From the NCBI RefSeq assembly GCF_001457595.1, contig NZ_LN831039.1, forward strand, positions 4,020,001 to 4,052,000: a stretch of 32,000 nucleotides of DNA. Direction: 5' to 3'. The translations under genes and the position numbers were made by a program. The stretch's first letter is position 1, and every line of letters begins with the position of its first letter. Source of the DNA: Mycolicibacterium smegmatis. GTDB taxonomy: Bacteria; Actinomycetota; Actinomycetes; Mycobacteriales; Mycobacteriaceae. The notes under the pieces are model-generated. The model had not been told where the DNA came from. It saw only the letters and a list, made by a program, of their open reading frames with translations, and did no database searches. Positions 19,662 through 29,838 of the stretch are shown here, in pieces.

Positions 19662-21020
19662 TCACATACTGGCGATCAGCCGCTTGACTCGCTCGTCGAC
19701 CGACCGGAATGGATCTTTGCAGAGCACGGTGCGCTGAGCCTGGTCGTTCAGCTTGAGGTGCACCCAGTCGACGGTGAAGTCGCGGCCTGCTTCCTGTGCG
19801 GCGCTGATGAACTCGCCGCGCAGTTTGGCGCGCGTGGTCTGCGGCGGTGTGGTGACCGCTGCGTCGATCTCCTCGTCGGTGGTGATACGCGCGGCCAGAC
19901 CCTTGCGCTGGAGCAGGTCGAACACGCCGCGGCCCCGCTTGATGTCGTGGTAGGCCAGGTCGAGCTGGCTGATCTTCGGGTCGGACAGCTCCATGTTGTA
20001 GCGGTCCTGGTAGCGCTGGAACAGCTTGCGCTTGATCACCCAGTCGATCTCGGTGTCGACCTTCGCGAAGTCCTGGCTCTCCACCGCGTCGAGCTGGCGG
20101 CCCCACAGGTCGACGACCTGCTCGATCTGCGTGTTGGGCTCGCGGGATTGCAGGTACTCGACGGCGCGGCTGTAGTACTCGCGCTGGATGTCCAGGGCAC
20201 TGGCCTGCCTGCCGCCTGCCAGCCGCACCGGGCGCCGCCCGGTGAGATCGTGGCTGACCTCGCGGATCGCGCGGATCGGGTTGTCCAGCGAGAAGTCGCG
20301 GAACGGCACGCCCGCCTCGATCATCTCCAGCACCAGCGAGGCCGTGCCCACCTTGAGCATCGTGGTGGCCTCGCACATGTTGGAGTCACCGACGATGACG
20401 TGCAGGCGCCGGTACTTCTCGGCATCGGCATGCGGTTCGTCGCGCGTGTTGATGATGGGGCGTGACCGGGTGGTCGCCGAGGAGACGCCCTCCCAGATGT
20501 GTTCGGCGCGCTGGCTCAGGCAGAACGTCGCGGCTTTCGGCGTCTGCAGCACCTTGCCTGCGCCGCAGATCAGCTGGCGCGTCACCAGGAACGGCAGCAG
20601 CACGTCGGAGATCCGGGAGAACTCACCCGCCCGCACGATCAGATAGTTCTCGTGGCAGCCGTAGGAGTTGCCCGCCGAGTCGGTGTTGTTCTTGAACAGG
20701 TAGATGTCGCCGCCGATGCCCTCGTCGGCCAGGCGCTGCTCGGCGTCGATCAGCAGGTCTTCGAGAACGCGCTCGCCGGCACGGTCGTGCGTCACCAGCT
20801 GTATCAGGTTGTCGCATTCCGCGGTCGCGTACTCGGGGTGGCTGCCCACGTCGAGATACAATCGGGCGCCGTTGCGGAGGAAGACGTTGGAACTGCGGCC
20901 CCACGACACGACCCGCCGGAACAGATAGCGGGCAACCTCGTCGGGACTGAGCCGGCGATGGCCATGGAACGTGCAGGTCACACCGAATTCAGTCTCGATG
21001 CCCATGATTCGTCGCTGCAC
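19662..21020 (-). CDS. pafA: Pup--protein ligase PafA
   Basis: The GTG at 21020 gives (M)[33 protein letters not shown] and 452 aa, essentially the M. tuberculosis PafA N-terminus as I recall it. The further 57 codons of ORF 19662..21191 are an extension. Confidence 0.95.
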   Translation of the reverse strand: MQRRIMGIETEFGVTCTFHGHRRLSPDEVARYLFRRVVSWGRSSNVFLRNGARLYLDVGSHPEYATAECDNLIQLVTHDRAGERVLEDLLIDAEQRLADEGIGGDIYLFKNNTDSAGNSYGCHENYLIVRAGEFSRISDVLLPFLVTRQLICGAGKVLQTPKAATFCLSQRAEHIWEGVSSATTRSRPIINTRDEPHADAEKYRRLHVIVGDSNMCEATTMLKVGTASLVLEMIEAGVPFRDFSLDNPIRAIREVSHDLTGRRPVRLAGGRQASALDIQREYYSRAVEYLQSREPNTQIEQVVDLWGRQLDAVESQDFAKVDTEIDWVIKRKLFQRYQDRYNMELSDPKISQLDLAYHDIKRGRGVFDLLQRKGLAARITTDEEIDAAVTTPPQTTRAKLRGEFISAAQEAGRDFTVDWVHLKLNDQAQRTVLCKDPFRSVDERVKRLIASM

Positions 21021-21172
21021 AACATCGAGCTTACGGGTTGCTGCACGGTATCGGTGGGCAAGCAGAACTTTGCGCGCGCCATATCCGGCCGATTCGGCGC
21101 CGTATCCCCCTCTGCGCGGGGGCGATCCGCGAACCCGGCACATCGATCCGGCAACCGGATGAGAATTGACCG

Positions 21173-22054
21173 ATGTCGTTGCGCAGCGCACCGGTGGACG
21201 GGTTCCGACTGGCCTTCGACCGACACGGGATCCGCGGCGGTCCCCCGGTGGTCCTGCTGCACGGCTGGCCCGGAACCCGGCGCGACCACCGCCACGTCGT
21301 CCCCCTGCTGACCGACGTCGCCGACGTGATCGTGCCCGATCTGCGCGGGTTCGGCGGTTCGGACAAGCATGCGGTGTCGGTCCAGCACTTCTACAGTGCT
21401 AGCGCGCAGGCCGCGAGCATCGTTGGCCTCGTCAACGAACTCGGTCTCACGGGCGTGGTCCTGGCCGGCTACGACGTCGGCAGCCGCGTCGCGCAGGGCG
21501 TCGCGCGCATGCACCCGCACCTCGTCAAGGCGCTCGTGCTGTCGCCGCCACTGCCGGGCGTCGGCGACCGGGTGCTCAGCCCGCACGCCATCCACGAGTA
21601 CTGGTACCAGGCGTTTCACCAGCTGCCCATCGCCGAGCGGATGATCGACGGCAATCCCGACGCGGTGCGCGAGTACGTGCGGCATTTCTGGGACCACTGG
21701 TCGGGCCCGGGCTTCCGCCTCGCCGAGGACGAGCTGGACCGCCTCGTCGCGGACTACGCCCTTCCGGGATCGTTCACGGCGTCCCTCGGGTGGTACCGCG
21801 CGGGGGCGGGCACCGTGGCGCAGTCGCTGGCCGAGCTGCCGCCGGACCGCGCGGTCAAGATTCACCCGACAACCGATGTGCTGTGGCCACAACACGATCC
21901 GCTGTTCCCGCTGGAGTGGGCCGACCGCCTCGAGCACTACTTCGTCGACGTGCGCCTGCACACCGCCGAGCACGCCGGGCACTTCACGCCGCTGGAGTGC
22001 CCTGACGAGTTCGCCGCGCTGATCCGCGGCGCCCTCGGCCGGGCGCCAAATTAA
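21173..22054 (+). CDS. Alpha/beta-fold hydrolase (epoxide hydrolase / haloalkane dehalogenase-like)
   Basis: It has the HGWPG oxyanion motif, an Asp nucleophile elbow ([11 protein letters not shown]), and a C-terminal catalytic His ([13 protein letters not shown]). Confidence 0.8.
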   Translation: MSLRSAPVDGFRLAFDRHGIRGGPPVVLLHGWPGTRRDHRHVVPLLTDVADVIVPDLRGFGGSDKHAVSVQHFYSASAQAASIVGLVNELGLTGVVLAGYDVGSRVAQGVARMHPHLVKALVLSPPLPGVGDRVLSPHAIHEYWYQAFHQLPIAERMIDGNPDAVREYVRHFWDHWSGPGFRLAEDELDRLVADYALPGSFTASLGWYRAGAGTVAQSLAELPPDRAVKIHPTTDVLWPQHDPLFPLEWADRLEHYFVDVRLHTAEHAGHFTPLECPDEFAALIRGALGRAPN

Positions 22055-22122
22055 CGTGCGCGACACGCCGGAATTGCGTGCCTTGCAGCACATTCTGGCC
22101 GGCACACGCTGAGATACCCGGT

Positions 22123-22662
22123 ATGCCACTCACCCAGAAGCGGGCGGCCGCGCTGCTTGCCGCCGGTCTGATCGCGGTGCCGCTTGTGCCGTCGCTCCTC
22201 GTCGAGGTCAGCCCGGCCGACGACTGGCTCGAACTCGAAGGCGAACAGGAGGTGATCGTGGTCAGCGCCGACGGCGCGGCGATCGCGATGACCCCGCCAC
22301 CCGGGTGGCAGTACCGCGACGCCGGTGGCGACCGTGCGCAACTGCGCACCGACGACGGGTCCGCGGTGGTCGTCGAGGTCGTCGACCTCGACGGACGCGA
22401 CGCCGACGCGGTCACGGAGCGGCTCATCCGCCGCGGCCGTGTCGGTGGCAGCAACGCGGCGCTCACACCCGGCACGGTCTCCACGGGCGACGGATCGCTG
22501 ACCGGGCGCCCCTGCGCGGTGGTCGTCGAGGACCTGTCGGGGTCGTGCGCGTTCCTCTCCGACGGCGACGTCCTGGTGTCGGTGGTGGCGATCGGCACCG
22601 CGGACCGGCCCGCACCCGTCCTCGACGACGTTCTCGACTCGATCACCCGGAGTGACTCATGA
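22123..22662 (+). CDS. Hypothetical protein with an N-terminal signal or anchor and an acidic domain
   Basis: The ATG at 22123 gives MPLTQKRAAALLAAGLIAVPLVPSLL, followed by an Asp/Val-rich domain of about 150 aa. I recognise no family. Its stop overlaps the next start as ATGA. Confidence 0.55.
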   Translation: MPLTQKRAAALLAAGLIAVPLVPSLLVEVSPADDWLELEGEQEVIVVSADGAAIAMTPPPGWQYRDAGGDRAQLRTDDGSAVVVEVVDLDGRDADAVTERLIRRGRVGGSNAALTPGTVSTGDGSLTGRPCAVVVEDLSGSCAFLSDGDVLVSVVAIGTADRPAPVLDDVLDSITRSDS

Positions 22663-23741
22663 CCACGACAACTCTCGCCCGCCCCGCGACGCGCACGGCC
22701 GTGCTGTACCGACCCGGGTCGGCGGTGTTCTGGGTGTTCGTGATCGCGCTGGCCGCGGGCGCGTTCGCCCTGCTCAACCAGGAGGGTTCGGCGATCCACG
22801 AGACGCTGGACGCCAACCTGGCCCTCGCACCGTTCTGGGTGGCGTTCGTGGCGTTCATGGTGTGGTTGCTGCTGCGCTTCGACCCGTTCCGCGCCATGCG
22901 GCCCTACCCGCAGGTCCTGGTCGCAGGCGCCGTGCTGGGCGCGACCGTCGCGGTGCCCATGGCGATCACCGGCAACACCTCACTCGAGGCGTTGTGGGGA
23001 CTGGTGTTCAGTCCGGAGGTCGTGGCGAACTGGGGCCCGTCGCTGTGCGCGCCGATCATCGAGGAAGCCTCGAAACTGATGTGCGCCCTGGTGCTGCTGG
23101 TGTTGTGCGCATCGGTCGTCACCCGCATCGCGCACGCACTGCTGATCGGCATGTTCGTCGGCCTCGGTTTCGACCTCATGGAGGATCTCGGTTACGCCAG
23201 CAGCAGCGCGATCCTGAGCCTGGACTCCGATCTCTCGGGCGCGGGTACGTCACTTCTGGTGCGCGCGTTCACGGCTGTGCCCGCGCACTGGTCCTACACG
23301 TCGCTGACCGCCGTGGGCGCACTTTTGCTGCTGCCGTCGTTCGCCGGGCGCCGCGACTGGCCCGCCGCGCGCCGGATCCCGGTGGCCGTGGGGCTGCTGC
23401 TGGCCGGCCCGCTCATGCACTTCGTCTGGGACGCACCGCTTCCCGACGACTACGACGGCCCGCTCACGCTCGTCAAACTGGTCGGCAGCCTCGTGTTCTA
23501 CCTGGTGATCGTGTTCGCGCTGCTGCCGTTCGAGCGCCGATGGGTCACCGCGCGCATTGCCGACGGTCGCGACAGCGGTTGGCTGTCAGACGTTTCCGCC
23601 GACGTGCTGGACTCGCTGCCGACGCGGCGGCAGCGCCGTGCGCTGCGCAAGGCCGCCCGCAAGAGTGGCGGCCGCAAGACCGCCAAGGCCGTCGCAACGC
23701 AGCAGGACGCGGCCCTGGATCTCATCCAGACCGCGTCCTGA
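22659..23741 (+). CDS. Polytopic membrane protein, PrsW-family (glutamic-type) intramembrane protease-like
   Basis: About 8 predicted TM helices. It has an EExxK motif (APIIEEASKLM), acidic and His motifs within helices (FDLMED, AHWSY, MHFVWD), and a basic C-terminal tail. The family call rests on motif recognition only. Confidence 0.6.
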   Translation: MTTTTLARPATRTAVLYRPGSAVFWVFVIALAAGAFALLNQEGSAIHETLDANLALAPFWVAFVAFMVWLLLRFDPFRAMRPYPQVLVAGAVLGATVAVPMAITGNTSLEALWGLVFSPEVVANWGPSLCAPIIEEASKLMCALVLLVLCASVVTRIAHALLIGMFVGLGFDLMEDLGYASSSAILSLDSDLSGAGTSLLVRAFTAVPAHWSYTSLTAVGALLLLPSFAGRRDWPAARRIPVAVGLLLAGPLMHFVWDAPLPDDYDGPLTLVKLVGSLVFYLVIVFALLPFERRWVTARIADGRDSGWLSDVSADVLDSLPTRRQRRALRKAARKSGGRKTAKAVATQQDAALDLIQTAS

Positions 23742-23746
23742 CGCGA

Positions 23747-24487
23747 CTATTCGGTGGGTTTGTCGCCTGAGTCCGCCTGCTGCGGCTGCTCGGGCAGCAG
23801 AGCCTCCAGCGCCGCGCCGGTGATCCGGCGGAACGCCCGGCGTGGCCGGCCCGCGTCGAGGATCGCGACCTCGAGCGTCGACGGGCCCAGCGAACGTGGT
23901 TCGGCGCCCTCTGCGCTCGCGGACAACGCCTTGACCGCGATCTCCACGGCGTCCTGCAGGCTCGCGTTCTCGGTGTAGGACTCGTTGAGCGCCGCGATGA
24001 TCGGCTCGGTCGTGCCGCCCATGACCACGAAGTGCGGCTCGTCGGCGATCGACCCGTCGTAGGTGATGCGGTAGAGCTCCGGCGCCTTGGTCTCGCCGTA
24101 GTGCGCCACCTCGGCCACGCACAGCTCGACCTCGTACGGCTTGGCCTGTTCGGTGAAGATCGTGCCGAGCGTCTGCGCGTACACATTGGCCAGCTGTCGG
24201 CCCGTCACGTCGCGACGGTCGTAGGCGTAGCCGCGCGTGTCTGCGAACTGGATGCCGCCGCGGCGCAGGTTGTCGAACTCGTTGAACCGGCCCACGGCGG
24301 CGAAGCCGACCCGGTCGTAGAGCTCACTGACCTTCTGCAGCGACCGCGACGGGTTCTCCGCGACGAACAGGACACCCTCGGAGTACGCGAGCGCCACCAC
24401 GCTGCGGCCCCTGGCGATACCTTTGCGGGCGAGCTCGGAACGCTCGCGCATCGCCTGTTCGGGCGATATGAAGTACGGGAAGCTCAC
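23747..24487 (-). CDS. prcA: 20S proteasome alpha subunit PrcA
   Basis: The product begins (M)[32 protein letters not shown]. The GTG start overlaps the prcB stop as GTGA. Confidence 0.95.
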
Positions 24488-25395
24488 GAATCTCCTCGCG
24501 CATCAATGCCACGGCGGGCGTCGGGCCCGAAAGTGTCGGTACGGGAGCGGCTTTCGATGACCTCGCGGGCCAGTTCGGCGATCCGCGTCTCGGGGACCTC
24601 CTCGGCCCCTTCGGCGCCGATCGTCACCGCCGTCGGGTAGATGCCGCGCACCAGGTCGGGTCCGCCGGTCGCCGAGTCGTCGTCGGCCGCGTCGTAGAGC
24701 GCCTCGACGGCGACCTTGAGAGCCGAATCCGCGTCGGACACCTGCGAATACAGCTTCTTCATCGACGACTTGGCGAAGATCGAGCCCGAGCCCACCGACT
24801 GGTAGCCCTCTTCCTCGATGTTCCAACCGCCCGCGGCGTCGAACGACACGATGCGTCCCGCGCCCTCGGGGTGGGGATCGTCGAGGTCGTAGCCCACCAG
24901 CAGCGGCAGCGCCACGAAGCCCTGCAGTGCCGCACCAAGATTGCCGCGCACCATGATCGCCAGCCGGTTGACCTTGCCGCGGAACGTCAGCGGGACGCCC
25001 TCGAGCTTCTCGTAGTGCTCGAGTTCCACGGCGTACAGGCGCGCGAACTCCACGGCGATGGCCGCGGTGCCCGCGATGCCCGTCGCGGTGTAGTCGTCGG
25101 TGATGTACACCTTCTGCACATCGCGGCCCGCGATCATGTTGCCCTGCGTCGATCGGCGGTCACCCGCGATCAGCACACCGCCCGGGTACTTCAGCGCGAC
25201 GATGGTCGTGCCGTGCGGCACGGCGTCGGTCGGGCCGACCGGGGTGGTCCCGTAGGCGACTCGATTGACCGGCAACAGCTCCGGGGCCTGCCTGCTGAGC
25301 AGTTCGGAGAACGAGGACAGGTCCACGGGGACAGACGGTATTCCGGTTGTGTTGAGGGTGGGTTGGGGAAAGGACTGATTATCGCGCCAGGTCAC
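24484..25395 (-). CDS. prcB: 20S proteasome beta subunit PrcB with propeptide
   Basis: A propeptide is followed by the [10 protein letters not shown] processing site (catalytic Thr) and GSGS. The GTG start overlaps the pup stop as GTGA. Confidence 0.95.
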
Positions 25396-25586
25396 TGGCC
25401 GCCCTTTTGCACGTATGCGCGCACGAAGTCTTCGGCGTTCTCCTCGAGGACGTCGTCGATCTCATCCAGCAGGTCGTCGGTCTCTTCGGTGAGTTTCTCG
25501 CGACGCTCCTGGCCGGCAGCCGAAGCACCGGGGAGATCGTCGTCCTCTCCGCCGCCACCGCCACGCTTGGTCTGCTCCTGAGCCAT
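25392..25586 (-). CDS. pup: Prokaryotic ubiquitin-like protein Pup
   Basis: The 64-aa product is [64 protein letters not shown], ending in GGQ. The ATG at 25586 is preceded by GGAGG. The remainder of ORF 25392..26129 is an extension. Confidence 0.95.
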
Positions 25587-25693
25587 CGCTGCCTCCTGCA
25601 ATTGTCTTCGGCGGGCCCACAACTGCCCTGCCGGTCCTTCCACAGTACCGGTCGACACCCGGATTGCCCGGGATAGCGCACCGACTCGGAAAT

Positions 25694-27190
25694 TCAGTTG
25701 GTGAGTTGCTCCACGAGTTCGACGGCGCTGTCCACGGAATCCAGCAACGCGCCCACATGTGCCTTGCTCCCGCGCAGGGGCTCCAGGGTCGGTATCCGGA
25801 CGAGCGAATCGCCCCCGAGGTCGAAGATCACCGAGTCCCAGCTGGCCGCGGCGATGTCGGCCCCGAACCGGCGCAGGCACTCCCCGCGGAAGTATGCGCG
25901 CGTGTCGGTGGGCGGGTTCTCGACCGCGTCGAGCACTTGCTGCTCGGTGACCAGCCGCTTCATCGAGCCGCGCGCCACCAGGCGGTTGTACAGCCCCTTG
26001 TCGAGCCGCACATCCGAATACTGCAAATCGACCAGATGGAGTCGAGGCGCCTGCCAGGTGAGGTTTTCCCGCTGGCGGAACCCCTCCAGCAACCTCAGTT
26101 TGGCGGGCCAGTCGAGGATCTCGGCGCACTCCATCGGATCGCGTTCCAGCAGATCGAGCACATTTGCCCAGGTCTCGATGACGTGGCTGGCCCGCGGGTC
26201 GGGATCCCGGCTGTCGACGAGCTTGGCGACACGGTCGAGGTAGATGCGTTGCAGCGCAAGTGCGGTCAGCTCGCGGCCGTCGGCCAGCGCGACGGTGGCG
26301 CGCAGCGACGGGTCGCGGCTGATCACGTGGACCGCGTGAACGGGCCGCGCGAGCGCCAGGTCCGACAGGTCGACGCCCTCCTCGATGAGATCCAGGACCA
26401 GCGACGTGGTGCCCAGCTTGAGGTAGGTGGAGGTCTCGGCGAGGTTCGCGTCCCCGATGATGACGTGCAGGCGCCGGTACTTGTCGGCGTCGGCGTGCGG
26501 TTCGTCGCGTGTGTTGATGATGCCGCGTTTGAGCGTGGTCTCCAGGCCGACCTCGACCTCGATGTAGTCCGCGCGCTGCGACAGCTGGAAGCCCGGCTCG
26601 TCACCCGACGGCCCGATCCCGACGCGGCCCGAGCCGGTCACCACCTGGCGCGACACCATGAACGGCGTCAGGCCCGCGATGACGGCCGAGAACGGCGTCT
26701 GCCGGCTCATCAGGTAGTTCTCGTGCGAGCCGTAGGACGCGCCCTTGCCGTCGACGTTGTTCTTGTACAGCTGCAGCTTGGCGGCCCCGGGGACGCTCGC
26801 GACGTGGCGTGCCGCGGCCTCCATGACCCGCTCACCGGCCTTGTCCCAGATCACGGCGTCCATCGGGTCGGTGCACTCGGGCGCCGAGTACTCCGGGTGC
26901 GCGTGGTCGACGTAGAGCCGGGCACCGTTGGTGAGGATCATGTTGGCCGCGCCGACCTCGTCGGCATCGACGATCGGCGGCGGTCCCGACGACCGCGACA
27001 GGTCGAATCCGCGAGCATCGCGCAGCGGGGATTCCACCTCGTAATCCCACCTCGTGCGCTTGGCACGCTGGATTCCAGCGGCCGCCGCGTACGCCAGGAC
27101 CGCCTGCGTCGATGTCAAAATCGGATTGGCGGTCGGATCGGACGGTGACGAGATACCGTACTCGACCTCAGTTCCGATAATCCGTTGCAT
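25694..27190 (-). CDS. dop: Pup deamidase/depupylase Dop
   Basis: The 498-aa product is a paralogue of PafA ([33 protein letters not shown]) and sits upstream of pup, as does Rv2112c. Confidence 0.95.
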   Translation of the reverse strand: MQRIIGTEVEYGISSPSDPTANPILTSTQAVLAYAAAAGIQRAKRTRWDYEVESPLRDARGFDLSRSSGPPPIVDADEVGAANMILTNGARLYVDHAHPEYSAPECTDPMDAVIWDKAGERVMEAAARHVASVPGAAKLQLYKNNVDGKGASYGSHENYLMSRQTPFSAVIAGLTPFMVSRQVVTGSGRVGIGPSGDEPGFQLSQRADYIEVEVGLETTLKRGIINTRDEPHADADKYRRLHVIIGDANLAETSTYLKLGTTSLVLDLIEEGVDLSDLALARPVHAVHVISRDPSLRATVALADGRELTALALQRIYLDRVAKLVDSRDPDPRASHVIETWANVLDLLERDPMECAEILDWPAKLRLLEGFRQRENLTWQAPRLHLVDLQYSDVRLDKGLYNRLVARGSMKRLVTEQQVLDAVENPPTDTRAYFRGECLRRFGADIAAASWDSVIFDLGGDSLVRIPTLEPLRGSKAHVGALLDSVDSAVELVEQLTN

Positions 27191-27199
27191 GGGTTCAGC

Positions 27200-28117
27200 C
27201 TATGTGACGGGTGCGACCCGACGGGCTGCCAGGTATTCCGGCCTGCGTCGTGGCGCCGCGAAAGGCTCCTCGAGCGCGTTGTCGACCGAGTTGAAAACCA
27301 GGAACACATTGGACCGCGGAAGCGGTGTGATGTTGGACCCGGACCCGTGCAGCAGGTTGGCGTCGAACCACAGCGCCGACCCGGCGGCTCCCGTGAACTG
27401 ATCGATGCCGGCGTGGTCGACGGCCTTGGTCAGCGTCGTCTCGTCGGGGACGCCGACCGTCTGGGCCACCAGCGACGTGTCGTGGTTGTCCTGCGGGGTC
27501 TCCCCCACGCACGGATAGAACGTCTGGTGCGAGCCGGGGATCACCATCAGCGACCCGTTGTACGGGTAGTTGCGGGTCAGCGCGATCGAACACGACACGG
27601 CCCGGATGGCCGGCATGCCGTCCTCGGCGTGCCACGTCTCGAAATCCGAGTGCCAGTAGAAACCCGTCCCGGTGAACCCGGGCATCATGTTGATCCGCGC
27701 CTGGTGGATGTAGACGTCGCTACCGAGCAGCTGGCGTGCCACCGGCAGGACGGTGTCGAGCCGGACCACCTGCGCGACAAGGTCGCTGAGCAGGTGCGGT
27801 TCGAAGATCGAGCGGATCGACCCGCCCGGCTCGCGGATCACGCGCGGATCGTCGTCGTCGAGATCGGCGGCGATGCGGTCCATTTCCTGGCGCAGGTGCG
27901 GCAGCCAGTCGTTGGTGACGGTGCCGTGGCGCACCAGGTAGCCCTGCGACGAGAAGTGGTCCAGGTTCTTCTGGTTGAGCGGGCCGTCGGCCTCGCTGCC
28001 CCACACCGTGGGGTCGGCACGCGGGATCGGTTCGATCGCGTGGGACAGGCGCGTCGGGTACGGGTCGTGGCGCGTCTCGGCGGTTGGTGTCGTCTGGGTG
28101 AACTGCGTGGTGGTCAT
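27200..28117 (-). CDS. ectD: Ectoine hydroxylase EctD
   Basis: It carries the EctD signature FYWHSDFETWHAEDGMP. The ATG at 28117 is preceded by GGAAGGAG. The upstream part of ORF 27200..28228 overlaps ectC and is rejected. Confidence 0.9.
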   Translation of the reverse strand: MTTTQFTQTTPTAETRHDPYPTRLSHAIEPIPRADPTVWGSEADGPLNQKNLDHFSSQGYLVRHGTVTNDWLPHLRQEMDRIAADLDDDDPRVIREPGGSIRSIFEPHLLSDLVAQVVRLDTVLPVARQLLGSDVYIHQARINMMPGFTGTGFYWHSDFETWHAEDGMPAIRAVSCSIALTRNYPYNGSLMVIPGSHQTFYPCVGETPQDNHDTSLVAQTVGVPDETTLTKAVDHAGIDQFTGAAGSALWFDANLLHGSGSNITPLPRSNVFLVFNSVDNALEEPFAAPRRRPEYLAARRVAPVT

Positions 28118-28146
28118 GCTCTCCTTCCTCGCGCGGGTGGCGCTGC

Positions 28147-28539
28147 TCAGGCGACCGACTGCGGCGCCGGGTAGGCGCCGGTCTCGTCGTGCACTTCCTG
28201 ACCGGTGACGGGCGGGTTGAAGACGCACAGCATGCGCAGCTGTTGGTCGCAGGTAACCCGGTGGCGCTCATGCCCGTTGAGCAGGTACATGGTGCCGGGC
28301 GCGAGCGGGTACTCGACGCCGGTCTCGAGGTCGGTCAGCGTGCCGGTGCCCTCGATCACCCAGACGGCCTCGACGTGGTGCTCGTAGCGGTACTCGTTGA
28401 CCGAGTTCGACTCGATGGTGGTCTCGTGGAACGAGAAACCCACCTTGTCGTCGGCCAGGATGATGCGCTTGGACCGCCAGGTGCCGACGCTGACGTCGCG
28501 GTCGGTGCCGGTGATCTCATCGGTGGTTCGGACAATCAT
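28147..28539 (-). CDS. ectC: L-ectoine synthase EctC (cupin)
   Basis: The 130-aa product begins MIVRTTDEITGTDRDV, followed by KVGFSFHETTI and GTMYLLNGHERH. Confidence 0.9.
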   Translation of the reverse strand: MIVRTTDEITGTDRDVSVGTWRSKRIILADDKVGFSFHETTIESNSVNEYRYEHHVEAVWVIEGTGTLTDLETGVEYPLAPGTMYLLNGHERHRVTCDQQLRMLCVFNPPVTGQEVHDETGAYPAPQSVA

Positions 28540-28551
28540 TGGTGTTCTCCC

Positions 28552-29838
28552 TCAGCTCAAGGTGACTGCGATCGATTCGGCCAGGATGTCGAGGCCGCTC
28601 TCCAGGTCTTCGCGCGATGTGGTCAGGGGCGGAAGCAGCTTGACCACTTCGTCGGAGGGTCCGCTGGTCTCCATGAGCGCACCGCGGTCGAAAGCGGCCT
28701 TGCACACCTCGCCTGCGCGCTCGGTGTCGGCGAACTTCAGGCCTTGTGCCATGCCGCGACCGCGTGCGGTGACGCCGTCGTACCGGTCGGCGATCTCCTC
28801 GAGACGCGCGCGGATCAGCTCACCCTTCTGGAGGGTCTCAGTGCTGAACTTGTCGTCCTGCCAATAGGTTTGCAGTGCCTCGGTGGCCGTGACGAACGCC
28901 GGGTTGTGGCCGCGGAACGTGCCGTTGTGCTCACCGGGCGCCCACACGTCCAGGTCGCGCCGGAACAGCGTCAGCGCCATCGGCAGGCCGTATCCGCTGA
29001 CCGACTTCGACAGCGTGACGATGTCGGGCACGATGCCCGCGGCCTCGAAGCTGAAGAACGGTCCGGTACGGCCGCAACCCATCTGGACGTCGTCGACGAT
29101 GAGCAGGATGTCGCGCGTGCGGCACAGGTCGGCGAGCGCCTGCAGCCACTCGACGCGGGCGACGTTGAGACCACCCTCCCCCTGCACGGTTTCGACGATC
29201 ACCGCGGCGGGCCGGTTCAGACCGCTGCCGGAGTCGTCGAGGACGCGACCGAACCACTGGAAGTCCTCGGTCACGCCGTCGAAGTAGTTGTCGTACGGCA
29301 TGGGCGTGGCGTGGACCAGCGGGATGCCCGCGCCCGCGCGCTTCATCGAGTTGCCCGTGACCGACAGCGCGCCGAGCGTCATGCCGTGAAATGCGTTGGT
29401 GAAGCTGATGACCGACTCGCGTCCGGTCACCTTCCTGGCCAGCTTCAGCGCCGATTCCACCGCGTTGGCGCCGGTCGGCCCGGGGAACTGCACCTTGTAG
29501 TCCAGGTTGCGCGGCTGAAGGATGGCGCGCTGAAAGGTCTCGAGGAACCGCTGCTTGGCGGTGGTCGCCATGTCGAGCGAGTGCACGATGCCGTCCGAGG
29601 CGAGGTAATCAAGAAGCGGCGCTTTGAGTTTCGGGTTGTTGTGCCCGTAGTTCAGCGCGCCGGCGCCCGCGAAGAAGTCGATGTAGCGGCGACCGTCGAC
29701 GTCGGTCACCCACGAGTCCTTCGCGGTCTCCATGACCGCGGGCCACCCGCGGCAGTAGCTACGGACCTCGGACTCGACGGTGCTGAAAACCTCAGGCAGG
29801 TCGGACTCGGTCAATTGGGCGTTTGCAGCGAGCAACAC
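28552..29838 (-). CDS. ectB: Diaminobutyrate--2-oxoglutarate transaminase EctB
   Basis: This is a class III PLP aminotransferase ([24 protein letters not shown], and the Lys in TLSKSVSG). The start is taken as the GTG at 29838, preceded by GGAGGA and a 7-nt spacer. The 11 additional upstream codons of ORF 28552..29871 are rejected. Confidence 0.9.
   Translation of the reverse strand: MLLAANAQLTESDLPEVFSTVESEVRSYCRGWPAVMETAKDSWVTDVDGRRYIDFFAGAGALNYGHNNPKLKAPLLDYLASDGIVHSLDMATTAKQRFLETFQRAILQPRNLDYKVQFPGPTGANAVESALKLARKVTGRESVISFTNAFHGMTLGALSVTGNSMKRAGAGIPLVHATPMPYDNYFDGVTEDFQWFGRVLDDSGSGLNRPAAVIVETVQGEGGLNVARVEWLQALADLCRTRDILLIVDDVQMGCGRTGPFFSFEAAGIVPDIVTLSKSVSGYGLPMALTLFRRDLDVWAPGEHNGTFRGHNPAFVTATEALQTYWQDDKFSTETLQKGELIRARLEEIADRYDGVTARGRGMAQGLKFADTERAGEVCKAAFDRGALMETSGPSDEVVKLLPPLTTSREDLESGLDILAESIAVTLS

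Noticed and set aside
21040-21075. A possible PafBC (RecA-NDp type) promoter motif in the pafA / hydrolase divergent spacer, TATCGGTG followed 8 nt later by GAACTT.
   Set aside because: It only partly resembles the TGTCGGTG-N8-TANNNT pattern as I remember it. The first position differs and the -10 element does not fit TANNNT, so the match is too weak to call.
25587-25693. Small hairpins in the dop-pup spacer (for example CCCGG-GCAAT-CCGGG on the minus strand) as a regulatory element.
   Set aside because: These are 5-bp stems of a kind found by chance throughout GC-rich DNA. Apart from the clear GGAGG before the pup ATG, nothing distinguishes them.
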